Origin: Tubiluchus corallicola
Lineage: Eukaryota > Animalia > Priapulida
Assembly: GCA_030141605.1 (NCBI GenBank)
Contig: JAQGDQ010000018.1
Location: 620,001-684,000, forward strand
Direction: 5' to 3'
DNA length: 64,000 nucleotides
The notes under the pieces are model-generated. The model saw only the letters and a program-made list of their open reading frames with translations. It did no database searches and was not told the DNA's origin. Made by a program: the position numbers and the translations under genes. Shown here piece by piece: positions 1 through 13,500 of this stretch. The number at the start of each line of letters is the position of its first letter. The first letter of the stretch is position 1.

Positions 1-79
1 TATTGCTATTTCAAGTTGTTGTTGGAGTACAGACTGTTGGAGCCTTTAAAAACCTTACAAACTACATGTATATTTTATG

Positions 80-210
80 TCAACAAAGAGAAGTAAAGAG
101 AGCAAACTGTGCTTGGAGTCAGTGTAAAAAAGTGATTTCCTAAATGCACACATGTGCATTGTAAAGAATGTCTGTGTTTTAGTTTGACTGTGCTTTACAA
201 GTTTAATAAA
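80..210 (+). mobile_element. Possible decayed piggyBac-like transposase C-terminal cysteine-rich domain
   Basis: Broken frames read RANCAWSQCKK...KCTHVHCKECLCF, resembling the C-terminal Cys-rich domain of piggyBac transposases. Interrupted by stops; no TIR identified. Confidence 0.3.
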
Positions 211-1131
211 TATTGCAGCATAATATCAAACGAATTCTATGTATTTAATACATGCATAGTAACAGTTACTAGAAATTACAGAACGAAGTGATCTAAAAAA
301 ATAAAGATAGGCCCTGTGCATTCCAGCTTTGTTAATTTCACATAAATCTATGTTTGGGAATCAGGGAAAATGGCATAGGGGTACAACCTACAAAAAGTGC
401 AAAAGTTATGCCACCAACCTTTGCTCGGGTGCTAACGTAATTACATGAATGTTTACTGCCAGCTTTTGAAATAATGTACAGGTGTTGAATAGCAATGTTT
501 TAAATTCGAATTTGTGGTAACTTTGGATAAAAAATGTATATGGAAATGTAAATTATCTATGATAACTCAAATTAATTTATTTTGATACACTCTTGTAATA
601 GTATGCAATAACTTGACACTCTCTTGCTTAAATAACCAAACTTGAAGCAGAGTGGCTTCATTGATGCAGCTATCTCTTTACAACAAACAGTGGAGTAACT
701 GCAGAGCTTCAGTTTGCTGCTGACATCTACACTGCTGCTATGCCCCTGAGAAGGACAAAAATGCACGTTCTTTGCACATGTGTAGGTTGTATGCCTGAAA
801 CGTGGTTGTGTTATTCCAATATTTGAGGTTTCTGTACAATCGTTTAACAGAATTGGTTGTGTTGGAATTGCCATTTATGGCTGTATGTGACAAACACATT
901 CTGTGCTAAAGATGTCTAGCAATACTTATTAATTGTAATTTTTATCAGTGAAACTTCTGTTTTAAAAGTGTATTTATCTGTAGATGTAAGTATATCATAC
1001 ATTACGTGTCTTTAATAATACAATGTCTTATAATGATGGATGTGTTTTATGCAGAGGTATTATGTTGAAAGCACTGAAAGACGTTTGCCAAAAATTGGGT
1101 AGAATTATTTTTATTAGCTGCAGAAAAGTCT

Positions 1132-1133
<2 letters not shown>

Positions 1134-1165
<32 letters not shown>
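1134..1165. repeat. (TA)n microsatellite
   Basis: Perfect TA run seen directly. Confidence 0.9.
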
Positions 1166-1168
<3 letters not shown>

Positions 1169-1504
1169 GTGTGTGAGTATGTATGTATGTATACTCATCA
1201 TAAATCATGTGGCTAATAAGCTAATTATCCAATTAATTATAAAAATTTGACTTTGGGTATATACTTTTCAATAGAATGACATTTTCTATATCCATTTTTT
1301 TACTTTTATGATACTTAATATTAAATCACATTTTAATCTTAGAATTTGGTGTATGACTTTAATTATAGAAATCAATTGAGGTTAATTAACTGATATGATT
1401 ACTGATCTAGGCATTGGTTTTGTACTATCATGAATAGTTCGTGATTGGAGACTGACTTGTAACATTTTTGTGCAAAGATAAAATACCTATATAAGTTTTT
1501 TTAG

Positions 1505-4500
1505 ACTGATCTAATGTGAGTGCTGTCCAACAAACTGGCAACCTGTGGCAGCAAGACTTCACCTAAGCTTACTAAAGCTGAAGTCATTAGTAAGGAAGAG
1601 CCCAGAGAAAGCCAGCATGAGGTAGAGAAGCGTAAAGAGACTGGTACCTTAACAGGTAATGGTCATAGTTAAACTTTGAGAATTTTAGTATGTATGATTG
1701 ATGTGTATTATGCAAAGACACATCGTTTTTGCAGAAGTCCTTGCTTAGCATCACAAGCTTTTATGTGTTATAATCAGTTTGATAAAGTTCAAATGTACAC
1801 GAATAGCGGGCGATATTTCTTGTTTAGTAATTGAGTAACGTTTAGATCTCGGCCTCTTTCATATAATCAGCACTCCTGGGTAGAAGTTTGGGATGTTATA
1901 ATAAACAGTGGTGAGATCACAGCTTTAATGAGGAAAACAGACTTCTCTCTAATAAAACATTTACTGACGTGTACAAGTATTCACAAAACCTTCACAATAC
2001 TTTAGCTTCCTATTTTTGGCACCTGTACAACTTTAAAAGTTGCATGCTTGCATACTGCATTCATACATATTTATAAATATTTTTAGAGGTATACAACTTT
2101 GCAATGTAGTACTAAATGAACTGTGTGGTTAGGAAAAGTTTTTGTTAAAACTAATCATGGCTAGTGGGTGTAGGATGTAAACAATTTCTAGCCAAGATTA
2201 AATGACTTCCAGTTCCACTTTTCAGAGTCACTCTTTACTTATTGGTCAATTTCAGCATTTTTAATAATTAACATAATGTACACGTGGTGTCACAAGGCAA
2301 GATAATGAATTGCATACATGCATTTTTTTGTCACAGTGCAATAATTAATGGAATTTGATAAAGTTTTGTTGTATTGTGCTTTTATTAGATGTGTGCTGCT
2401 CATCAGACATTCCTGAAGTAGAGATTATCAGTTTAATAGAAGAGCAGTTACCCAAATACAACCTCCGTTCTGACAGTGTCACTGAGTTCTCTGGTTATGC
2501 CAATGAAGACTGGTGGATCAAGACTCCTGTGCTGGATAAAGACTATGAAGTGGATCTTTCTCCAGAGCTAACTAAGGGCACTTTGAGTTACTTTGGTAAG
2601 TTTTTTAACTTTTTTCTATTGTTTTAGTAAGTATGTAACACTGGGTTAGTTTGACACTATTGATTCATAAAACAATCAATAACTCACAGTGAAAAATGTT
2701 GAATTTGTTTTGAAATTATTGCTCTAAAATTGGCAAAATAATATTACAATTTAATATAGTTTAGATCTTATTGGAAAGTCTACATTACTTTGAAATGTTG
2801 AAAGCCTGTAGGAGCTTTCAGTACTAGTGAGTGCACTATGTGTAAAAACTAATTTTTACACAAATGTTGATTTTGCAGTTGTTTTATCTTCTTTGCTTCT
2901 CGGCTTTCTGTTTCTGAAAGATGATGAAATGAAGCGAAAAGTTAGTTTATTTTGGTTTCAAATATTTGTGTTTTTTGGCAACAACACCGTGGCAAAGCGC
3001 AAGACGTCATTTGAGATGAATACAAAAAATACAAATTGTGAATATAAAAAATGACAAACTGGAATTATTTGTCCAACAAATACAGCAGTTTAGTTTGTGG
3101 TTGTCTGTTTTCCTTAGCTGAAGAAACAACATCGATTTAAATTACTGACTGCCGATCACTTAATTTTCTGTTTTGCTGTATAGGGGTGTGTTCAACGATT
3201 AGTTTTTGTGAGGACTAATTAAAAGTAAACAACACCAAATTTCAGACGATAATTCAAGACAACATCTTAAGTATGCATATTTTTGCATTACATCAGCAGT
3301 GAACTTGAAATTTAAATTTGTGAACTTATTGCTGTTGTTTTTTGTTTCACTGTCAGTGTGACACAACAAAGTCATATAGAAAACTTGTGTGTAAAAGATT
3401 CTTATTGCTGGAAAATTGCTCCCAATGGTGATACCAAAGTTACCTGCGATCCTTAACCAGTAGTTAAGTTTCTAAAACACTTTTCAAAGTACTGCTATGA
3501 CCTATGACCCAGGAAATGTCCAAATGATAAATGTAAATGATCTAGAAAAATCATTCTGCTTCATTTTCTAAGCTTTGAGAAAGCTGCATTCAACTGCGAT
3601 TGAGTGAGATCATTATCAGTTGATAATTTGCACTAAGTTGTTTAAGCCTGTAAAACAATTTTCTTTAGGATTTCTATCTCAGGTAGCTCTATCCCAGTTT
3701 CAATACAGTAATACTTATAGGTAGTAAATAATAATTATACAATACGTAATAAATAATAATCATACAATACACCTTTATAACCTTTTGCCAAAAAAATAAA
3801 GGTCAGCCAGAATAGCGAAAGAAAATGTGAAGTGACGGTATTCGTGGTAAATGAATAAATCTGTACACGAACCAGCTTTCAGTGAACTATGATTAATATA
3901 ACACACATATGGCTAAAAATTAAAAATTAGCAGTGGCTAAAATATTGATAAAAATGGGAAGAGAGGGATTTGAATCTGCAACAGATACAGAAACTAATAA
4001 CTATAAGAACATTACTTTTTCCTAAACAAAGCTTGATTTTCAATGGAAAGCTCGCACGTGGGTTGTGGTATTGTAATATCGTGTAAACTAGTAAAGCATA
4101 CTGTGAATTTTATTAACAAGCTTGCATGTACTAATTCAATCATTATGCAAATTTTATTTGTGTTTGAAAAAGCTTGATGTGTATATTTACATTTTTGATA
4201 ACTAAAATGATGAACAAGCTTTGACAACCTGTATAACATAATAACAATAATTTAAAAACCCATTTAAAGATGCAATTAATTTTAATGTAATGCGAACTGA
4301 CAGTGGTTAAATGCAAGCGCGATTAAGCGCGTGCTGTTCATATTCAGTTGAATGATGGCTTCTTAAATCTCTACTGCATTTAGTACGTCATAAATTCTCC
4401 TCTCAGTTAACACATTTGTTACTTTAATGTTTTTTCTGTGTTCATACAGTTCTGTAAAGGCGGATGTAAAACCCTTAGTTGCCAGGCGCCTACATCATAA

Positions 4501-7500
4501 ATTATTATTTCCATTCACCGTGGCAAATAAAACAGTAATTTACTAACTTCGTAATCGGCGTTGCGATTTTGGGTAACCTAGTTTTTTAGTTTGTAAACTG
4601 CCGATGATGTACGTGTGCAGCCTCTCATAAGGTTTTAATTTCATGTTGCTTCTGCCATAGCTTACTAATGCAAGCCGCGAGATATTTTAAGAAATGCTAG
4701 TTTTTTGTTGACAAGCATTCTTTTGCATTAAAGTTTTCAACGTTTAGTTGGCAGTGATTTCTCAGTTGAATAGTTTTTAGTTCTTGAGCAGCAGATGGCA
4801 GCACAGACTAACATTTCACACAGATAGTAACTGCACTCGCTACAATCAAAGAGAATCATTAAATTATAAAATGCTTACAGACCTACGTTCAACATTTGTT
4901 CAAGTTGAATGCTGTCAATACATTTTTTGTATGTATAAATTAAAGCTTAGGAAATCTGCCAGTACATGAATAACACCAAAAGAAAAACAACTTTTTTGTC
5001 AAGCCCATCTAGAGACCAAATTTTATTAACCATCACTGACCAGCAAATTTAATAACACTTGTTACATTTAAGCTCAGCTGCGATAAGGTGGACCATGAAT
5101 ACCTGGTCTACATGGGAATTGGCAACCATTTTATATTTATTACTTAAAAACTTATTTTAGACTGAAGTAATAAATTGTTTGAAATACATATTTAAATCTC
5201 GTTATAGTAGTGCTGTGCAAAATCTAGGATCAAATTTAAATAGTGTGAGGAAAAAATTTGGTGTGATTCCTTCCTCAAAGTATTACAAGCCTTTTGATTA
5301 TATTTGGATTACTGCAGTGATGGTTTCCAGGTTTATAATTTGGCAGGGACATGACTTTTTCATTCCTTTCTTTTGTGATAATCATGTAATAATGCAGCAG
5401 CAGAAGATAACTATCGTTGCTTAACTGACTACTTGTAACGTAATAAAAAATTCTTGGTTTTTGTGTTAAGTTGGTACCTGTCAACGTTTTTAGTGTTTGT
5501 GTTCTGTTACAAACAATAACAGCTTTTCTCATATGTTCTTATATCATACTCAGAATTTCTACCATAGGATTCAATCCACTTTGTTTGTGGATTGTTTGTG
5601 AAAAGTGTGATTCCTCTGCAGAATGATGACAAAGTTAATTCACCCAATAAATATAGAGTATTGAGGAATTCTTCTTGTTCTCCAGTGTTCATTTAAATGT
5701 ATTGCTGGGTTATAGCTTCTGCAACGCAAGCATCCTCAGAGTACAAGCCAAGTAGAATCAATATTCTATTCCTGCGAATGTGCACTGTGTGATCAATAGC
5801 ATTCTTTGCCGGGAAGTTTGTGCTGTTATATTTTGTCATAGTTGGTGCTGAAACAGCGAAGAATGCCTGTTGATTTTTTGTGCATTTTTGCATCCTACTA
5901 GTTTCTGTTAGAATATTAGGCGATAAAGGTATAAAGCGTGTGTCTTTCTTAGAGCAGGTTGTGGTGCAAGTGTGACATAACACGTTCTGATGAACTGTGG
6001 CTAAACTGTGATATTATGATGTCGAAATTTTGTTTTATAAAGGCATCTTCCTTTTATTTTGATTTAAAATGAAATCTTATGTTTCGAGACTTAAAGCTGT
6101 GCCTGAGATGTGTCTTTTTATGTTACATTTTCAAGTGTCTAATGTTCAGTGCTGGGCGTTGGATGGGATGAGCAGAAGTGACTGACATATTATTGCTTAT
6201 GTGTTTCAGTTAGTCGAATTAGATAAAATTAAGTGAAATTAAATTTTGAATATGTTAAACGTTTTTTCAAAAATTCATCAAATATCAAAATTTAGTTTCT
6301 TTTGACGAGGTTGTTTCTAACATTGCATTTAGATCAAATCTATAGTTTCACTTACTAAGTGCCGTTATAATTGGGGAACTTATTATCTAGTAATTTTCTC
6401 TGGCCAGCTTAAGTCAATGAGCTAAGTTTATGTCTAAGTCTACTGTTATGGTTTCTTTTAATCTTACAGTTATATAATGTAATGAGATCTGATATTTATG
6501 TTATGCAAAATACATTACTAAAAACGACCTGTATCTCTTCTAAGTTTAAACTGGGCTTGTTTTCATGTGTTACCCAATAGTGACTGGGATTCTCTTATTG
6601 CTTATATATGGCAGCTGATGAAACCTTTTCTCTGGGCTACATCATCTTCAGCGTCCTGTCTTGTAATTTTATCGATTATTCTGCTTATTTCAGTTAGCTA
6701 CGCCCCCCCCCCACGCTTTTCACCAGTTGGAATGTTATTCCAGAATCTTGAATATTAACTGGAAGGCTCTGATTCGAGTTGCATGGATATCTATTGGAGT
6801 AAAAAATAAAACGTTTGAACTTTCAAGCCAGTGCAAATATAATGGCATGTTGATTGCCATAAATTCTCAAAATGTGTTACTTTTATAAATTACGCTTATG
6901 CAAAAATTAGTTATTTTTAACTGGTAACCTTGAAGGCATTTTCCTTAAAAATAACGGCAAAAAAAGAATTTCGACGAGCAAAAGATTTACATAAATCAGG
7001 ACGGTGTCAATACTTTATAGCAATCTGGCGAATGGCTTTAGGGTAACGTGTTGGTACACCATCCAAACTGATAATATTTTATATGTTAGCGTTCTGAATG
7101 TGTCAAAAACAGTGCTTGGATAAATAAATATCATGGGAGCTTAACAGGCTAGCTTGAGACTTTTGTTTGTTATTCGAAAAAGCATTGCAACAGCATATAC
7201 GTTGTTAACAAGGTTGAGCGTCATTCAATACATAGCGAAGCCGAGAAGCTGTGTACCTACAGTGAAACCAAATGTGTGTTACTTAGCTAATAGCGCTGTG
7301 TGCTGCAAATACTTCATCTGGAAGTTAATATGCAATGTAAATATCAGTTAGTTGACAATCTATAGGTATATCTTATATAACCTGAATTATATTGAACCAG
7401 AACATGTTGCATACCACCAGAACTCTTCCATACAATTTGGTATTCTGCAAGCCGATATCCATCGTTCACTAGTTGCAGTTGGATAGGAATCCACCTCGTT

Positions 7501-10500
7501 ATCAACGATAATCCTCTGTGTTGAGACATTCGAGTGTGTATATCGTATAACTTGACGTAAGCTGTCGTGTTGTAGCGGTGTGCCATAACTAAGGTACCAA
7601 CAGTGATCCCGTGAGGAGATACTGAACCAACAGTGGTGTCTATACCACGTTCAGACGTGTATATTTCCGCTCTCTGCGAAGAGAGTTCGTAGAACTTACA
7701 TTCCTAAACACAGCTGTCAAGCTTAAAAAATTATCACACCTTTGTTTGGCTATATAATTCCGTGCCAAACAACATGCTCACCATGCTGTCTCTGAATGTT
7801 TGTTTAATATCCAGTATTGATTAAATATAGAGTGCTTATTAACAAAACAATGCAGCATAATTATGTATGCTGCAATATGCTAATCACATTACAGACAAAT
7901 GCGGTTGAGTGTCATATACTACGATATTATACTACAAAAAATATCTTGATTATTGTACATGCCAATATAAGTAAAACCGTACTTACTAGACCTTGTATGG
8001 TACAATATTGGTGTACGCTTATAGCCTTTGTTATGCACTTTTCTTTTCATTCAACAGTATTGATTTGCACTAATTATTGGCTCACTGTATAAATATTCTG
8101 TTTTTCTTTCTTGTATAAAGATAGTGACAGCCATTGCATTGTTTTTAATTTCTTATACAGCACAGTTGCGCCACAAGGGCTAATATTACTTCAGATATTA
8201 GAAATTTAGTGCGAAAGACTTGAAAAGTTGACATTGCGACTAATATCGCGTCTTACTTTTCTGGTATAACTCTCTGCGACGTACGTCATTCTCAATAAAA
8301 ACAGGCTGATTTTATTCTGATTTTGTGATTGGTAAATTATTTCAATATTTCGCAGCGTTCGTTTTGTCTAAATGAGGTAAATTTATTCATTGCTTATTCA
8401 GTGTTGTGTCAGTTCGTGTTATGTTCTAGTACGCAGTACATTAGTCCGCATTTTTTGTGTACACTGCTGTCAAAAACATCTTGCCAAGATAAGAGATAAA
8501 AAAGGAATGTTTATTCTGTCTTCATGCCAAAATATAAGTGTCAGAACAGATATCTCCTGTTTTGATTATTTTTGCTGGAGATAGTCATATATTATCCAGG
8601 ACTACAGTTTTCCAGTTTCTTAAAGCGGTTTTGTAGTTTTGGTTTTAGAAAAGATTTTCTTAGATTCCTGAATATAATAATTAAGTATAGGTAAACTATG
8701 GTCCATTATAATAACTTTTTGCACGTGGATTTCCTTGTCATTGTTTACGTGTGATATTATAAAATGCTTCTCAGCCGTTAATGCACATTTTTGGTTTTGT
8801 TGTAGTTAACAGCAACAGACACTTGATCATAACAATTACTATGTGTATTCACTAGAGCGTATGTACATAAATGCAAACTTAGTGGCTTAATCTGCATACC
8901 TTTAACCGCTTTCTCAAAGAAAAAACTCTTGTTGCTATACTTGCAAGCCATCTAACATTATTTATCTCTACAATATGTATTCCGAAATTGCAAGTACAGA
9001 AAAATAACAAGTGAACAACCTAAAACAAGAAACGTAGCCTTGCAGGAAATGTGGGTTACTTTAATAGAAGGTAATACATGACTCAAATGCAAGTTGATTG
9101 ATTTGATTGATGATAATATTTTGCGGGAGATAATAATAGGTTGCATTTGCTAACTTGATAAGGGAGATAACGTAATAGGTAGTTTAAATTTATCAGTAAT
9201 TGAATTTAAAGCTGATTTCCTAAAGTGAAATATGTAATGAAGTAAATTCTGCAGGGTTCAGATATTTAACGTCTCAAGGAGATCATTATTTCACAAATCA
9301 TAACAATGAATTTTAGTTAAGAAATGCCGTCAAAAAGTGAGACATAGAGGATCTTTAAAACTTTCAACCTTTGATCTAACTCTGAAATGCGCGACTAAGT
9401 GTTTTTGTTTTTATTATAATAAAAATTAGAGAGCTACATAACAGCCAATAAGATCTAAAGCTTGAATTTTTTTACTTTTAGTATAGATGTAAATGCAAAT
9501 GACTTGAATTTAGATTTCAGCCGTCCGTATGGTCATGATGTTCCTAGCAAAAATTTTCCATATCTGAGCACCTGATTATTATTTCTTGTCTATAACTTTC
9601 TGATATTTTCTATAACTGTCTGGATTATGAATGGTTTATGATTGATGTAGACATGTATTGAAATCATTATAATGGAAATCAGAACCAGTTTTGCAAAACT
9701 AGAATTACGGATGTTATGAAGGATGGTGAATCATTCTGTGTAGTTTTTGAATAAAAAACTGCAGTGCAGTGCATTCTGGAACTGCAAGTTTCTAACCAGA
9801 ATATCAGCTATTTATGTAGTTAGTCTTTCTTGCTTAAATAATGAAATGTGAAACTGCGTTGCTGTCTGAAGTATTTGTTTACGTAAAAGAAGATTTTTAT
9901 TATATTATAATAGACGTAATATTCGTACAGTTAATTACACACGGTCAGCAACGAAAAGCTAATTATTCTCTTTAAATGAGACCTTGGGTGCATAATAGTC
10001 TCTATCCAATAATGAAGCAGGATCCACTGCAGTGCCTTGTGTAGGTATCGTCACTTACATGTATTGAACTAATGCCTGGTATTACCCTAACAGGCTTTCA
10101 AATCTCTCCTTGTTGTAAAGATAGCCTGCTCAACCCTTACGTGAAAATTAGCCATTGAGCAGCCTGCCATACTCTAGTCTAAATATCATTTTGGGAAATA
10201 GTATATTCTAGTGACATTCTAAAAACTAAGTTTTATTTGTGTAGCAGATGATGCTATACCAGCAGCCAGTTTGAATAAAACTAATACGGATTTTATTTCT
10301 TTATCCGATGGTAAATTTGACAAAACCTACATAGGTACGCAGCTACGTCTTAGTTAAGAATCTCGTCAACTGCATTTTACCCTTATTTGGTGACCTTAGT
10401 CTGTTCTGCAGTAAAAGATTTTCGATTGTACTGACTGTAGATGTTGATGAAGCTAATTAATCAGTAATAGACGCAACATTTCTGAAAAGAAGACCTCGAC

Positions 10501-13500
10501 TACATTCATTCGTTCTAGTCTCTGCATACTGTTGCTAAGCATGTCCTGGTAACGAACACCAAATTGAATCATTAAACCCCCAGCGAAGGAATTAACATCG
10601 CTTACTAGTTAATCGCGAATTATCTGCGATTTTTATCATGATTTATAAATGAACCTAATTTATCATCTGTTAAGTTTTTAAAACATGCTTCAGTAAATAT
10701 GTCATGCTTGCAAATCAAATGGGCTTTTATTAATTCATTAAACTAGTCTCGGTACAATCGCCAAATAGTATTATGAACATAGCGTGAATTTGGCTTCAGT
10801 TTTGACGTCATAGTTTGATTAATGTAACCAGCAAGCAAGTGTGAAAGTCACATGAATAATGGACACTGCGAAACCCCACAAGGATCATCAGCGCTCAGAT
10901 CTCATTCTACTTTCTCATATCGCCCTTTCCAGGTCACTTGTTCTATAGTTCGAAACCCAGTAATTCTGTTTAATACCGAATGATTTACTGGTTTCAAATT
11001 TCGCTTTTATATGAACATATGAATAAATACCGTGGTTCACTTATTGATTTCCTAGACTAACGATGTTTTATTGTATATGACATTTGAACTCGCATTTTTC
11101 TAGTTGTGCGTTCTGCTACTGCTATGGTTGTAATGCGTTGTTGATTTGCTACACCACATTCAAACCACTTTTTATGTCCGCAGCAAGAACTGCTCTGTCT
11201 GTTGTTGAAAAATACGCTGTACAGAAGTTTTGTTAATCTTACTTGAAAAATGCAGTTATTGTTATTTGGCAAATTTGTAGCTGGAACGATTCCATACAGT
11301 CCTATAATTATTTTTATTATGAAAGTTTTTTGGTGAGCTAACAATTCAAATGTGCTGTAACAATAAAGATATCCTGTCGTCTCTTATGGGTGTGTGGCTA
11401 AATTATATCATGGGTGAACGGTCCATCGGTTAAGTAGCCTTGCAATACTAATAAAGCCTGTTCCGCCATTTAAGCTGCCTGGTAAATCTCATTAAATCTT
11501 GTTACGGCATTTAGCTGATGATGGTGATGATGCGTAATAACATGGGATTTCGCCCAGTTTCTTCATACCACATCGTGGGATCTGCAGTTAGTTAAGTAGA
11601 ACGTTTACATGGGAAATTCACGCTTTTCGAATTTAATTTATTGGTGATTTGACTGATTTAACAGTTTCTCGCGACTTTTCGCATACTTTAATAGTTTTAT
11701 GCTTTTCAAGTTTTGCTTTGCAAAGTTACCTTATAGGGCAGATAAATACACCTGCTTTTTTAAAGAAGTAAAATATTTATGTGAGTTCACTAGTGTGGTC
11801 ATTAACGAAAAAAAACTATTTTAACTAATTCCGTGCAATTATTTACCGAATCATTTACCCGAGAAGCTACTATACGCTAAAAATTTGCACATAGCAGGCC
11901 GCTGTACAAACTGGGAATTATATTATGGTTTACTTTAAGAGTACTTTACACTGTAACTAACACTCGATTATTACTATTAGCTGTTTAAGTTGCAATTACT
12001 GTTTTCGCTGTCCTTTACAGCGGATACTGGTACGTGACGGTACTTTACCGTAGCTAATCATGATGCGTACCTTTGGAGTTTGGACACATTGTAGTGTGAG
12101 ATTTTCATGTGTCATGAAATTTTTCTTCCCCACATATTTGGCGTACATGGTTTTGTATTTTTGCCTCTTTGCTCCCCTCTTTTCCCTCCCTTTCTCTGTC
12201 ATTCTCTCTTTCCCCCACTCTTCCCCTCTCTCTCTCATCTTTTCCCTTTCTCTCTCTATCTCTGTCTCTCCTCTTTTTCTCTTTCCCTCTCTCTCAATCT
12301 AGACAAAATGATGCTTCGACAAAATATTTAATAAAGAATAGAGTTCATGATGTATGTGTCGTTTGTAGTGATTTTTAGTCTATTAAAAATTGCCATAGAA
12401 ATATTGTGTCGCACCGTCAGAGCCTGAGTGAAAGTCATACGCTTGTAGTAAAACGTGACGATGCGTGTGAACGCATTATTATGACGTTTGATGATCATCT
12501 GTCACTTCTGCTACAGCTCTAGAAGACTACAAAAACTGCGGATTGATTTTAGCCACACTTGCAGCTGCAGACCTGCGCTCTGTGGGTGTTGTTCTGCTGT
12601 AGAATCCACAAGCTTCATCATTTGAGCCAGTCCTAAATCCAAACAAAATTGGTGAAATCTGACCTTTGATCAGGGAATTTTGTAATTCCCGGACCGGCGA
12701 GTCGTCATTGATGAAAGTCGTAGACCGAGAAGTGGACAGTCATTATTCAGGACGGAAGTTGATGAAAACATGCAAATAACAGGTCTTTAACAGACCAAGA
12801 AATAAAACTAGGATTAGTGTAAAAGGATGACAATCTGTGATATATACAGTAATTATTCCATGTCTGGCACGATCACACCCATATATGTGCGAAGCCCAAG
12901 TCAGGAGGATGCAGAGTCTCATCTCCAGCAGTTGAGCTGTAAGTATAGGAACTTTTAAAATCATTTGTTTGTTCACTCGCACCTCAGTTTACATTTGATT
13001 GTTTATTTGTTTGTTATTCTGTTTCTTTGTCCGTTTGTACATTTCGTTCGTTCACCTGTTTGTTTGTTTGTTATATTGTCTGTCTGTCTGTTTATTATCA
13101 CCACATTTTTGGAAAGCTGGTTTACATATTCGTAATGGAAATTTTCACACTATATAGTATGCATTAACATTATAAGCAACATTTCGCAAAACAAAAATAC
13201 GATCTAGTTTCAAGTTCTTTTAAGTTTATGAAAATTGATTTATTGACACGTATAGACGTTTCACTTCGTATTGATGGAGACCAGGCAGTATCTGTGCAAC
13301 TTCATCACAGCATAGATTAGGATACATTTTCAATATTATGTTTAATACATATATTATTTTGTAGGTTAAATGCACTTGTGTTTTTGCTTATCTTTTTATG
13401 CATATGCAGTTACCAGTCTTCTCTTGATAATAATATGATTTATGTTCATTGCGCCATGGTTTAATAACATTTTCGCGTTCTTATTATCTGTGATGCTCTA

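Noticed and set aside
572-874. 100-aa minus-strand ORF
   Set aside because: No recognisable motif or linked splice sites; probably the antisense of TRAK 5' non-coding sequence.
9540-9800. Coding-like plus-strand stretch
   Set aside because: Multiple stops and no identifiable motif; possibly an old TE fragment but cannot be supported.
11996-12378. Four overlapping ORFs
   Set aside because: Artefacts of the CT-rich microsatellite.
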